Below are positions 18,603 through 28,153 of a stretch of DNA of 36,699 nucleotides, one piece after another (position 1 is the first letter of the stretch; each line of letters starts with the position of its first letter). Below the pieces are notes generated by a model. It was given only the letters and a program-made list of their open reading frames with translations, was not told the origin of the DNA and did not search any database. The translations under genes and the position numbers were made by a program. Source of the DNA: Candidatus Pacearchaeota archaeon CG10_big_fil_rev_8_21_14_0_10_30_48. GTDB taxonomy: Archaea; Nanobdellota; Nanobdellia; Pacearchaeales; GW2011-AR1. Location: the NCBI GenBank assembly GCA_002763155.1, contig PFCU01000048.1, positions 1 through 36,699 on the forward strand. The letters run 5' to 3'.

Positions 18603-20810
18603 TTAGAGAATTTCATCAACAGTTAGTCTTGCAGTTAAATATGAAAGTGTTGATTCAGCTCCTTGATTTAAATTAATACTGTATTTTCCTAAACCATCAT
18701 GACAGCCACCGGTTTGTTCATTGTAAACAACTTGGTTTAAGGTATTTTTTCCTAAAAACCATTGGAAAGCTGAAAGCATGTGATTTTCATAATTAAGGTC
18801 TTTAGTTATTTTAAATGCAAGAGTTAAAGTTTGTACCATTGAAGCTGCATCTAAAGGTTGTTGATCAAAATAAGTTCTTTTTCCATTTTTTTTATACCAA
18901 CCTGCTTGACCAATTGGAACAAAAATATTATCTTTAAAAGTCACAGATACTAAAAAATCTAAAGTAATTTTTGAAACATCTAAATAATATTTATCTTGAG
19001 TTGCGATATATGCATAAAGTAATGCTTCTGGAATTTTGCTATTTGAATAAGTTAGCTTGTCTTCGAACCACTTCCAATCTTCAGTTTTATTCTTTTCAAA
19101 TAAACTAGTTAATTTATTAGCATATTCTTTAATTATATTTAAAGTTTCATCTGAATAATTCTCTTTATTATAATTATATAATCCAGTTATTGTTAAGGCA
19201 ATTGCTCTTGGAGTTGTGAAATTTTTTGTAATATTAAGTGATTTTAATAATAAATGTCTTGCATTTTCTTTTAATCTTTTAGGTAAGGATTGTATTGAAC
19301 TTAAATATCCTAAAGCATTTATTGCTCGTCCATGAGCTTCTTCACTAAAATATTCTTTGTTAATAGTTTTATCTTTTAAAACAATATTATGAAATTTGCC
19401 TTCGGAATCTTGCACATATTGAATATATTTAAGATAGGTTTCAATTAATTTTAGTGAATTTATACTTCTTGATTTTTTGTATAGTCTTGTTGCAACAATT
19501 AATGCTCTTGCATTATCATCGAGAGTGTAACCTGAATTAAGATCTGGCGTTGTATACTTTGCAAATTGAATCATGCCAAAATCATCTGTTAATCTTCTAA
19601 AATGACTTGTATTAATCCTTGGTAATTGTTCAAAACATATTTCTGGCATTTGGATATATTTTTTTATTGTTTCTCCATAAGAAATTGTCACATTTGGCCA
19701 AGTCATTTGTCTTGTATATGCATATGCGTTTTGTTCTATTTCTTCCATTTTATTTTTATCTGCAAGGGTTTCTAAAATAGCTTTTTCAAAAGATTTTGAA
19801 TTTTTGAATTTATCAATTAATATCCCTCTATCTGCTTTTAGTAAATCTTGGGCATGTAAAAATGGTGTTGAGATGCAAGTTCTTCCACATCCAAGAGCGT
19901 AAGCAAGTGTTCCAGAAGTTATTTGTTCAGGAGTTAGGGTCGGAGAAATGTAAATATCTGTAGCTTTAAGAAATCCGACGATTTCTTTTAGAGTTGTGTA
20001 TTTATTATAAAATTTGACATTATCTTCCAAATGTAGTTCTTTAATTTTTTCTCCGAGCATATTCCTATACTTCTCGCCTTCTCTTCTTCTTATGATTGGA
20101 TGAGTTGCTCCGATAATTATGTAAATTAAATTTGGATATTTTTTAACAACCTTTGGTAAAGAGCGTATAACATATTCATAACCCTTTCCTGAAGAAATCA
20201 TTCCAAATGAAGATAAAATTATTTTATCTTGTAAACCGAAATGTTTTTTTAATCTTTTTTGAGATTCAAAACCAGTTGTAGGAATTCCGTGTTGTATAAT
20301 TCTTATAGGGGTTGTTATCTTATATTTATTTTCTAAAATTTCAACTCCTTTTTGAGTCATTACAATTATTTCATCAACATTTGTAGCGATATCTTTAATG
20401 ATTTGTCTTCTTTTTTCATCGGGTTTGGGTAAAATGCTATGGAAAGTTATAGTTTTTGGTTTTTTTAATATTTTAAGAAATTTTATTATATATTCTCCAT
20501 ATTCCCCTCCAAAAATCCCAAATTCATGTTGTATAGAAACCATTTTTATTGATTTATTCTGATTTATTTTTTCGGCGATTTTTACATAGTCTGATAAAGA
20601 AGTATCACTTAATTGGTAAATAACTTTTTTAGGATAATTATAAATGTTGAGTCCATTATTATTCATGGCTAGAATTTTTGTTTTTGCATATGGATAAAAC
20701 TTTTTATCAATTGCATCTGTAAGGTCTTTTGTGAATGTTGCGATGCCACATTCTCTTGGAGGATATGAACCTACAAATAGGATTATATTTTCATCACTCT
20801 CTTTTTGCAT
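18603..20810 (-). CDS. GT4 glycosyltransferase fused to a C-terminal six-hairpin glycosidase-like domain
   Basis: N-terminal PPRECGIATFT, QHEFGIFGG, SGTL; C-terminal TDDFGMIQFA, GYTLDDNARAL, FDQQP, GGCHDGL, NQGAESTL. Confidence 0.88.
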   Translation of the reverse strand: MQKESDENIILFVGSYPPRECGIATFTKDLTDAIDKKFYPYAKTKILAMNNNGLNIYNYPKKVIYQLSDTSLSDYVKIAEKINQNKSIKMVSIQHEFGIFGGEYGEYIIKFLKILKKPKTITFHSILPKPDEKRRQIIKDIATNVDEIIVMTQKGVEILENKYKITTPIRIIQHGIPTTGFESQKRLKKHFGLQDKIILSSFGMISSGKGYEYVIRSLPKVVKKYPNLIYIIIGATHPIIRRREGEKYRNMLGEKIKELHLEDNVKFYNKYTTLKEIVGFLKATDIYISPTLTPEQITSGTLAYALGCGRTCISTPFLHAQDLLKADRGILIDKFKNSKSFEKAILETLADKNKMEEIEQNAYAYTRQMTWPNVTISYGETIKKYIQMPEICFEQLPRINTSHFRRLTDDFGMIQFAKYTTPDLNSGYTLDDNARALIVATRLYKKSRSINSLKLIETYLKYIQYVQDSEGKFHNIVLKDKTINKEYFSEEAHGRAINALGYLSSIQSLPKRLKENARHLLLKSLNITKNFTTPRAIALTITGLYNYNKENYSDETLNIIKEYANKLTSLFEKNKTEDWKWFEDKLTYSNSKIPEALLYAYIATQDKYYLDVSKITLDFLVSVTFKDNIFVPIGQAGWYKKNGKRTYFDQQPLDAASMVQTLTLAFKITKDLNYENHMLSAFQWFLGKNTLNQVVYNEQTGGCHDGLGKYSINLNQGAESTLSYLTARLTVDEIL

Positions 20811-20840
20811 GTTGTTATAGAGAGAAAGTTGTTTAAATAT

Positions 20841-21578
20841 TTAACGAAGTTTGGTTAAAAGTGAAGCTCCGATAAGTCCAACGTTGTCTCCAAGCTTTGC
20901 ACGAACTATCGGAATTTTCCTTTTGATTAAATCATTTTTGATTAAAATTTTTCTTATCTCAGAATATATTGATTTTACCGAAGATAAACCTCCTCCAATA
21001 ATAACTATTTCTGGGTCAAGAACATATGAGATATTTAGAATTGCGATTCCTAAATCTTCTCCAATTTGATTATACTTTTTTGATTTTTTGTTTGTTTGAT
21101 ATTTTTTTTCTAACATTTTATTATTTAATATCATATGGCCTGGCTCTCCTGCAAATCCATTTCCATGATATAACTTTCTATCAATCATAATTGCTCCACC
21201 AATTCCTGTGCCTAATGTTAAAAGAAGAAAATCCTTTTTATTTTTTCCATTCCCATAATATAATTCACCAAGACCTGCGCAATTTGCATCATTATCTACA
21301 TAAACTTTAGATTTGTATTTTTTAGAAATAATTTCTCTAATATCTATATTTTTTAAATCAATATTGGGGTTTCCATAAATTTTTCCATCTTTTACAAATC
21401 CGGCTGTTCCAATGCAAATGACTTTTGGTTTTGGGTAAGAATCTATTAAATCAAATAAAGAATTAATTATTTGTTTTTTTGTTTTTGGAGTTGTAATTGT
21501 TTGTTTATTTTTTACTTTTCCATCTGAAACTTCTGCAATTCTTATATTAGTTCCACCAATATCTAAACACAATACCAT
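20841..21578 (-). CDS. ROK-family sugar kinase (gluco/mannokinase-like)
   Basis: DIGGTN, DNDAN, LGTGIGG, GEPGH; the Cys-rich zinc motif is absent. Confidence 0.88.
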   Translation of the reverse strand: MVLCLDIGGTNIRIAEVSDGKVKNKQTITTPKTKKQIINSLFDLIDSYPKPKVICIGTAGFVKDGKIYGNPNIDLKNIDIREIISKKYKSKVYVDNDANCAGLGELYYGNGKNKKDFLLLTLGTGIGGAIMIDRKLYHGNGFAGEPGHMILNNKMLEKKYQTNKKSKKYNQIGEDLGIAILNISYVLDPEIVIIGGGLSSVKSIYSEIRKILIKNDLIKRKIPIVRAKLGDNVGLIGASLLTKLR

Positions 21579-21646
21579 CTTTTATTATGATAAAGATAAG
21601 TTTTTTAGATTTAAAAAATGTTGTTTGTTGATTTAAGGAGTTATTA

Positions 21647-22396
21647 TTATAATTCTTTTAGAATTTGATCCATTAATTGTCCTGCAGGTAAGACTTTGCC
21701 TTGAAGATTAACATAATAATCTCCTTTCAACCGTGTTTTATCTGCTGTTATTTTAATTTCAGAACCACTGAGTAATTCTTTGTCATTGTAGTTATCTCCT
21801 AATGCTAGAACCTGATTTTTTGATAGTTTAAGTTGTTTGATTAGATTTTTTAGACCGGTTAGTTTTGTTTGAATATTTTTTATGCCAATATCGTAAGATT
21901 CATCGTTCCAGATGCAATAAAGATTTTTTTCTTTTTTCATGAGGTTTTCAATTGAGATTACTCTCTTCGTGCAATGAATTGTTATAATAAATTCTTTGGG
22001 TTCAAATCCTTTGATATTTTTGTTTTTGATTGTTTGTAATTTTGGTAAGACTTTTTTTAGTTTTTCAAAACTGTTGACATTTTGGTAAAATTTTCCTTTA
22101 ATCCATGTTGCGCTTCCATTTTCATAGGTTAGAGAGACAAATTCTAAAATTTCTTGAAACATTTCTTGAAGCATGTACAAACTTCGGCCTGAAGTGATGT
22201 TTATTTTAAATCCTTTTTTGTTTAGTTTTTTTATTTGTTCTATAAGTTCTTCTGGAATTTTTTTTGTTTCAAGAGTTGTTGTGTTTCCAACTTGTTTAAT
22301 TTTTGTTCCTCTTGGAACTAAAACTCCATCTACGTCAAATACTAAGAGTTTGATTTTTTGGATATCTGATTTTTTTAATTCAGTTATAGGTTTCAT
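21647..22396 (-). CDS. HAD-superfamily hydrolase, subfamily IIB (sugar phosphatase/mutase-like)
   Basis: FDVDGVL, TSGR, ENG and GDNYND motifs. Confidence 0.85.
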   Translation of the reverse strand: MKPITELKKSDIQKIKLLVFDVDGVLVPRGTKIKQVGNTTTLETKKIPEELIEQIKKLNKKGFKINITSGRSLYMLQEMFQEILEFVSLTYENGSATWIKGKFYQNVNSFEKLKKVLPKLQTIKNKNIKGFEPKEFIITIHCTKRVISIENLMKKEKNLYCIWNDESYDIGIKNIQTKLTGLKNLIKQLKLSKNQVLALGDNYNDKELLSGSEIKITADKTRLKGDYYVNLQGKVLPAGQLMDQILKEL

Positions 22397-22749
22397 TTTC
22401 TGTTAAAATCATCTTCTAACCGTTTAATGTCTTTTTCATTGAAATTTCCGAACGATATTTCTAGAAATCTTGATGGTTTAGATAAACCCCTTGTTCGATG
22501 TTTAATATTTTTAGGAACAAAGACACTATCTCCTTTTTTTACTAACCAAGTTTTGTTTCCGACAGTAACTTTTGCAGGGTTATCTAAGAAATGCCAGTAT
22601 TCGTTTCGATTTTTGTGAATTTGTAATGAATTTCGTTTTTTTGGATTTATTGTTAGAATTTTCACAGAAGTTTTTTCGTTGAGTGTGAATTGTTCGAACT
22701 CGCCCCATGGACGTTTGTCTACTAGATGATTTTTCAACCTCTTTTTCAT
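22393..22749 (-). CDS. Mannose-6-phosphate isomerase type II C-terminal cupin
   Basis: RPWG, SLQIHKNRNEYW, KHR, LEISFG, EKDIKRLEDDFNR. Confidence 0.88.
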   Translation of the reverse strand: MKKRLKNHLVDKRPWGEFEQFTLNEKTSVKILTINPKKRNSLQIHKNRNEYWHFLDNPAKVTVGNKTWLVKKGDSVFVPKNIKHRTRGLSKPSRFLEISFGNFNEKDIKRLEDDFNRK

Positions 22750-22792
22750 GATTAGATTAAATTTATATAATATATAAGTCTTTTTAGAATAG

Positions 22793-23554
22793 GTGATTAA
22801 AATTGTATCTTTGAAAAAAATAACGACTAAGGGGAAGGCAATTTACTTAGCTTATGATCAAGGATTAGAACACGGGCCTGAAACGGATTTTAATGATGTT
22901 AATGTTAACCCCTTGTATATTTTAGATATTGCTAAGAAGGGAAAATTTAATGGTGTTGTTTTTCAAAAAGGAATTGCTGAAGAATATAATAAAGAGATTC
23001 GTAAGTCGAAGGTTCCTTTGATTTTGAAATTAAATGGAAGGACTCGTCTTGTTAAGGGTGATCCGATTTCAGCACAGATTGCAACAGTTAAAGATGCGGT
23101 TAAATTAGGAGCTTCAGCTGTTGGTTTTACAATTTATATTGGAAGCAAGCATGAAGAAGAAATGATTGAAGAATTTTCTAAGATACAAACAGAGGCGCAC
23201 AAGAAAAATCTTCCAGTTATTGCTTGGATTTATCCTCGTGGGGGGAAAGTTAAAAATGATGTTTCTCGAGAAATGATGGCTTATGCAACACGGACTGCTT
23301 TAGAAATTGGTGCAGATATTGTTAAGATAAAATATGGTGGGAAGAAAAAAGATTTGGAATGGGCTGTTAAATCCGCTGGAAGATGTAAAGTTGTTATTGC
23401 TGGCGGTTCAAAAAAATCTGAGAAAGATTTTTTGAAACAGGTTAAAGAAATTAAGGACTCTGGTGCGATTGGTTTGGCGATTGGTAGAAATGTTTGGCAG
23501 TCTAAAGATCCTTTAGGTTTGAGTAAGAAGATTAGGGAGATTGTCGGGAATTAA
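22793..23554 (+). CDS. fba: Class I fructose-bisphosphate aldolase (DhnA/archaeal type)
   Basis: AYDQGLEHGP, YPRG, GADIVKIKY, AGG, GRNVWQ. Confidence 0.9.
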   Translation: MIKIVSLKKITTKGKAIYLAYDQGLEHGPETDFNDVNVNPLYILDIAKKGKFNGVVFQKGIAEEYNKEIRKSKVPLILKLNGRTRLVKGDPISAQIATVKDAVKLGASAVGFTIYIGSKHEEEMIEEFSKIQTEAHKKNLPVIAWIYPRGGKVKNDVSREMMAYATRTALEIGADIVKIKYGGKKKDLEWAVKSAGRCKVVIAGGSKKSEKDFLKQVKEIKDSGAIGLAIGRNVWQSKDPLGLSKKIREIVGN

Positions 23555-23555
23555 A

Positions 23556-23942
23556 TTAAAAACTAAAAATTATCAAACCAACTATTCCTGCGATTAATGC
23601 TCCGAATAAGAAAGCTATAACAATTGCTTGAACTCTTGCATCATTTGATATTAAAGCAAGGGTTGATTTTAAGTTAGTTATTTGTTTTTTCTCCTTTAAT
23701 ATTTGTAAAAAGAAAATAGCTCCAAAAATTATTAACATAATTTCAATTGCCATAAAAGTTCCTTTAATAAAAGAGGCAATAGTTAAGATTAATGAAATTT
23801 TCCAGACAAAGAGAGCGATTAAGAGAGTTATAACATATGTCAAAGGCATTGCTTTAATCGCAGGCCATTTTCGTATAACTAATAGTAAAAGAAGTAATGC
23901 AAAAGGAAGTATTGCTAATAGAGTTAGTAACTGTTCTGCCAT
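23556..23942 (-). pseudogene. lctP: L-lactate permease remnant (N-terminal part, internally deleted or truncated)
   Basis: KWPAIKAMP, IIFGAIF and ISNDARVQAIVIAFLFGALI match the LctP N-terminus, but the ORF is 128 aa versus about 500 and lacks the following EG..GFG motif. Confidence 0.75.
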
Positions 23943-24005
23943 GTCGCCTCGTTATTATTAAGATTAGTAATCTTTAAAACCTTTGCAGTTTATTTAATTG
24001 AGAGA

Positions 24006-24617
24006 ATGATAATCGTAAATACTAAAAATTATCTTGAAGAAAAAGAGTTGAAAAGTTTGATTAAGAAAATTGAGAAAACGAATAAAAATGTGATTGTGGC
24101 TGTTCCTGCGATTTATTTAAAAGAAATTTCTAAAAATACTAAATTAAATATTTATGCCCAACATTTAGATCCGGTTTTATATGAAACGACGACGGGCGCA
24201 GTTATTCCGAAAATGATTAAAAAAATGAATGTTAAAGGTTCTTTAATTAATCATAGTGAATATCAACTTTTATTAGGAGAAATAAAAATAATTGTAGAAC
24301 AATGTAAGAAATACGATTTGAAATCGATTGTTTGCGCTTCGGATTTGAGGGAAGTTAAACAAATAATTAAGTTTAATCCTACGGCAATTGCATTTGAAGA
24401 TCCGAAATTAATTTCTTCTGGAAAATCAATAACAAAGCATAATCCTAAAATGATTAAAAAATTTGTTAAGCTGTTGGAGAAAACAAATATTGTTCCCTTA
24501 TGCGGTGCAGGAATTTCAACTAAGGAAGATATAAAAGCTGCTGAAGATTTAGGTTGTAAAGGCGTGCTTATTGCTTCGGCAGTTGCTAAAAAAGGGAAGG
24601 TTGAAATTTTGAAATGA
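24006..24617 (+). CDS. tpiA: Triosephosphate isomerase, archaeal type
   Basis: VNTKNY, YAQHLD, TG, LINHSE, AFEDPKLI, LCGAGIS, GVLIASA. Confidence 0.9.
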   Translation: MIIVNTKNYLEEKELKSLIKKIEKTNKNVIVAVPAIYLKEISKNTKLNIYAQHLDPVLYETTTGAVIPKMIKKMNVKGSLINHSEYQLLLGEIKIIVEQCKKYDLKSIVCASDLREVKQIIKFNPTAIAFEDPKLISSGKSITKHNPKMIKKFVKLLEKTNIVPLCGAGISTKEDIKAAEDLGCKGVLIASAVAKKGKVEILK

Positions 24618-25279
24618 AAATAGCTAAAACTAAAAAAGATTTTGAAAGACTCTACGAAGAAAAACATTTTAGGGTTACGATTTTTGGAAGTGCGAGAATT
24701 AAAAAAAATGATCCCAGATATAATGAAATTAAAAAATTAGCTGAAATGATTGCTGAACGAGGAATAGATGTTGTTACGGGCGGAGGCCCAGGAATAATGG
24801 AAGCAGCTAATTTAGGACATCAAGAAGGTAAGAAAAAAAGTCGGGTTGAAACTCATTCAATTGGTCTTGGAATAAAACTTCCTCACGAACAAATGTTTAA
24901 CAGAAGTGTTGGGGAAAGTAAAACCTTTAATCGTTTTTCTAATAGGTTGGATAATTTTATGCTTTTATCGAATATTGTTGTTGTTGCAGAAGGAGGAGTT
25001 GGAACTTTGTTGGAACTTTTTTACACTTGGCAGTTAATGCAGGTAAAACATATTTGTAATGTGCCGATTATTTTATTGGGAGATATGTGGCCAGGATTAT
25101 TGAAATGGTTAGAAGCAAATCCTCTAAAGAAAAAAATGTTTACTAAAGAAGATTTTAATTCGTTGTATCACGCTAAAAACTCTAATGAAGCGATGAAAGT
25201 TATTGATAAAGCTTATGCTGGTTATATTAAAGGTGATCCTAATTTCTGTTTGAATTATAAAAAATATAACTTCAATTAG
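24614..25279 (+). CDS. LOG-family nucleotide phosphoribohydrolase
   Basis: TIFGSAR, TGGGPGIMEAAN, EGGVGTLLEL. Confidence 0.88.
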   Translation: MKIAKTKKDFERLYEEKHFRVTIFGSARIKKNDPRYNEIKKLAEMIAERGIDVVTGGGPGIMEAANLGHQEGKKKSRVETHSIGLGIKLPHEQMFNRSVGESKTFNRFSNRLDNFMLLSNIVVVAEGGVGTLLELFYTWQLMQVKHICNVPIILLGDMWPGLLKWLEANPLKKKMFTKEDFNSLYHAKNSNEAMKVIDKAYAGYIKGDPNFCLNYKKYNFN

Positions 25280-25316
25280 TTAAGTTTAAAATATTCTTTT
25301 TCCTTGTTTTAGTAAG

Positions 25317-26210
25317 ATGGTAAACGAAGTAGGTATGATCGGCATTGGGCGAATGGGTTTTGGAATGTCGCAGAGATTATTAAAAAATAAAATTCGTGTT
25401 GTAGGTTATGATCGTTCAAAAGAAAATGTTGATGAAATAAAAAAGAAAGGGGCTGTCCCTGCTTATTCTATTGAAGAGTTAGTCTCAGAATTAAAATCAA
25501 AGAAAAAAGTTGTTTGGTTAATGTTGCCTGCTGGAAAAATAACTACAGATACGATAAAAAAAGTTCTTCCATTATTGAATTCCGGAGACATTATTGTCGA
25601 TGGGGCGAACGATTTTTATAAAAATGCGGAGAAAAACGCGAAGTTATGTAAATCTTATAAAATTAATTTTTTTGATTGTGGAGTTTCTGGAGGAATTCAT
25701 GGTTTGGAAAAGGGTTACCCTTTAATGATTGGTGGAAGTAAAAAAGAGTTTAAACATATTGAACCTTTATGTAAGGCTTTAGCACCTTCAAAGGGTTACG
25801 GCTATTTTGGGGTTGTAGGAAGTGGTTTTTATGTTAAATCAATTCATAATATTATCGAGTATGTTTATTTACAGGGAATTGCCGAGGGAATTGAACTCTT
25901 GGATAAGAAGAAGATTGATTTAGTTAAAGCGACAGAGGTTTGGCAAGAGGCATCTGTGATTAAATCTTGGTTAATTGATTTGACAAATAAAGCTTTGAAA
26001 AGGAAAGATTTTAAGGATATTGAACCTAATATTATGAGTGTGACTATTAAAGAACTTCAAGATACAAAGAAATCGGTGAAAGGTTACTCTCCTGCGTTTG
26101 ATGTTGCAGTTAAGATTAGAAAAGACAAAAGTAATAAATTTGTGTTGGGTAAAAAAACAATTGCTGCGGTTAGAAATGAATTTGGAGGACATAAAGTGAT
26201 GAAAAAATGA
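25317..26210 (+). CDS. gnd: 6-phosphogluconate dehydrogenase, decarboxylating (short YqeC type)
   Basis: GIGRMG, WLMLPAG, DCGVSGG, KSIHNIIEY, SVIKSWL, RNEFGGH. Confidence 0.92.
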   Translation: MVNEVGMIGIGRMGFGMSQRLLKNKIRVVGYDRSKENVDEIKKKGAVPAYSIEELVSELKSKKKVVWLMLPAGKITTDTIKKVLPLLNSGDIIVDGANDFYKNAEKNAKLCKSYKINFFDCGVSGGIHGLEKGYPLMIGGSKKEFKHIEPLCKALAPSKGYGYFGVVGSGFYVKSIHNIIEYVYLQGIAEGIELLDKKKIDLVKATEVWQEASVIKSWLIDLTNKALKRKDFKDIEPNIMSVTIKELQDTKKSVKGYSPAFDVAVKIRKDKSNKFVLGKKTIAAVRNEFGGHKVMKK

Positions 26211-26668
26211 AAATATTAATTGCAAGCGACCACGCAGGATTTGAATTAAAGAAAAAAATAAGAGACTTTTTTAATAAGAATAAAATTATTTACGAAGACC
26301 TTGGGACTTTTGGTGAAGATAAAGAAGATGATTATCCTGATTACGCGTTTAAAGTTGCGGAGAGAGTTGCAAAAGAAAAAAATTCCAGAGGTGTTTTAAT
26401 TTGTGGTTCTGGAACTGGAATGGTTATAGCCGCGAATAAAGTTGTCGGAATTCGGGCGGCTTTAGCTTATGATTCTTATTCTGCAAAAATGGCTGCGCAA
26501 GATAATAATGTGAATGTTTTATGTTTGAGGGGAAGATTTTTTGCTCCTGAAAATGCAAAAAAAATTATTTCTACTTGGATAAAAACTTCATTTTCAAATG
26601 AAATTAGACATAAAAGAAGAATCAAAAAAATAAGTGATTATGAGAAAAATCACAGTGTTTCTAGATAA
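26207..26668 (+). CDS. rpiB: Ribose-5-phosphate isomerase B
   Basis: ASDHAG, DYPD, CGSGTGM, ANK, RH..R. Confidence 0.94.
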   Translation: MKILIASDHAGFELKKKIRDFFNKNKIIYEDLGTFGEDKEDDYPDYAFKVAERVAKEKNSRGVLICGSGTGMVIAANKVVGIRAALAYDSYSAKMAAQDNNVNVLCLRGRFFAPENAKKIISTWIKTSFSNEIRHKRRIKKISDYEKNHSVSR

Positions 26669-27042
26669 GACAAACTCTTTTTCATTTCAGGAAGATGTGG
26701 AGAATTTGGAAGATGTTTTTCTAAATAAGATATTAAACATTGAAATACTTCAGTTCTGAAAGGAATATATTCTTTTAATTGTTCTTCATTCAACGATTTC
26801 AATTCTACTTTTAACGCTTTTAAGCATTTATCATTTTCTTCTTGTAATAATTCAAACTCTGTTAATTTATGTAAAATCATCGGATGCATATAATCTCTAG
26901 GAACTTCATCTGAAATAAAAGGAATTCCTTGACGATATGAAATAAAATATCTTGGAGCTGGTTGATCGATATTTCTATCAACAACATCATATTCTCTTTC
27001 TTCTTCTTGGAATTTAATTATTCTTGTTTCTAAAGTTTTCAT
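26650..27042 (-). CDS. Hypothetical protein
   Basis: 130-aa ORF; ISDEVP...MILHKLTEF resembles a degenerate HExxE motif. Confidence 0.6.
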   Translation of the reverse strand: MKTLETRIIKFQEEEREYDVVDRNIDQPAPRYFISYRQGIPFISDEVPRDYMHPMILHKLTEFELLQEENDKCLKALKVELKSLNEEQLKEYIPFRTEVFQCLISYLEKHLPNSPHLPEMKKSLSYLETL

Positions 27043-27119
27043 AAATTTTCATAAATTTTCTTCTTTTTAAATGTTTAGAAAAAGAAAAAAGTTAAATAAT
27101 CAAGAATCTGTTTAATTAA

Positions 27120-27773
27120 ATGGTAATTAAAATAATTCCTACAATTTTGGCGACATCAAAAAAGCAATTTGATAAACGTTTTGAGAAATTAAGAGATTTT
27201 GCTAAGGAAATTCAAATTGATTTTATGGACGGCCATTTTGTTGATAAGAAGTCAATAAAGTTGAGTGTTGTTCCGACTTTGAAAAATTACGATATAAAAT
27301 TTGAAGCACATATAATGGTGAGAGATCCTAAGAAATGGGTTAAGAGATTAAAGAATAGGGGTTTTTCAAAAGTTATTTTTCATTGGTCTGCAATAAGAGA
27401 TGAAGATGAAGTGAGAAAAGTGATTAATGAAATTCATAAATTAGATATGGAAGCGTTTGTTGCGATTAATCCAGAAGTTAGAGAAGATGAAGTTATTCCG
27501 ATAATGCATGATGCCGACGGGATTTTGATAATGGGTGTGCGTCCGGGTAAAGAAAAACAGGATTTATTATATAAGACTTATTACAAACTTGAAAATCTTA
27601 GAGCGATAAATAAGAAATTAGTTTTACAAGTTGATGGGGGAGTTAATTTAGTTACAGCGAGGGATTTGGTTAAATCGGGGGCAAATATTCTTAATTCTGG
27701 AAGTCTTATTTCAAAAAGTAAGAATCCTGAAGAAAAATATAATGAACTTTTAGATGTTGTTAATGGGCAATAA
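27120..27773 (+). CDS. rpe: Ribulose-phosphate 3-epimerase
   Basis: IIPTIL, QIDFMDGHFV, EAHIMV, AINP, MGVRPG, VDGGVN, SGS. Confidence 0.9.
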   Translation: MVIKIIPTILATSKKQFDKRFEKLRDFAKEIQIDFMDGHFVDKKSIKLSVVPTLKNYDIKFEAHIMVRDPKKWVKRLKNRGFSKVIFHWSAIRDEDEVRKVINEIHKLDMEAFVAINPEVREDEVIPIMHDADGILIMGVRPGKEKQDLLYKTYYKLENLRAINKKLVLQVDGGVNLVTARDLVKSGANILNSGSLISKSKNPEEKYNELLDVVNGQ

Positions 27774-27814
27774 ACACTCTAAATTTTTATAAATAACAAA
27801 TTCATTAAATTGAT

Positions 27815-28153
27815 ATGCTTGGATTGTTCAGAAATCGAGAATGGAAAAATACAAGAGATTTTTTAAGAAGTTATGATTATATAGTTGATTCTACTGGAAC
27901 TATTTTAGACAGAGAATATTCTAAAAAAGAAATAGCTCGCATTAAAAATGAAACTGGAGAAGTATTAATGACTTATGATTCTCATGATATTCCTAGCATT
28001 ATTTTTGCTCAAAAATTGAAAGAAAGTTTAAAATTAAATGGGAGAAATTATCAAGAAAATGAGGGGAAAATAATGAGTTCTATTAACACATTAAAAAGAG
28101 GAGCGGATAAATTTATTGATTTAGCTTCTAAACTAGAGAAGAAGTTGGGTTAG
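27815..28153 (+). CDS. Hypothetical protein
   Basis: 112-aa ORF; TTTTATAAA box about 25 nt upstream. Confidence 0.6.
   Translation: MLGLFRNREWKNTRDFLRSYDYIVDSTGTILDREYSKKEIARIKNETGEVLMTYDSHDIPSIIFAQKLKESLKLNGRNYQENEGKIMSSINTLKRGADKFIDLASKLEKKLG

Noticed and set aside
27036..27060. Tandem TTTTCATAAA duplication at a gene start
   Set aside because: Low-complexity slippage repeat with no evidence of function.
27120..27773. Rpe His-to-Gln change (QID instead of HxD) as a sign of inactivation
   Set aside because: Other catalytic and metal ligands are intact and the ORF is full length; not enough to call a pseudogene.
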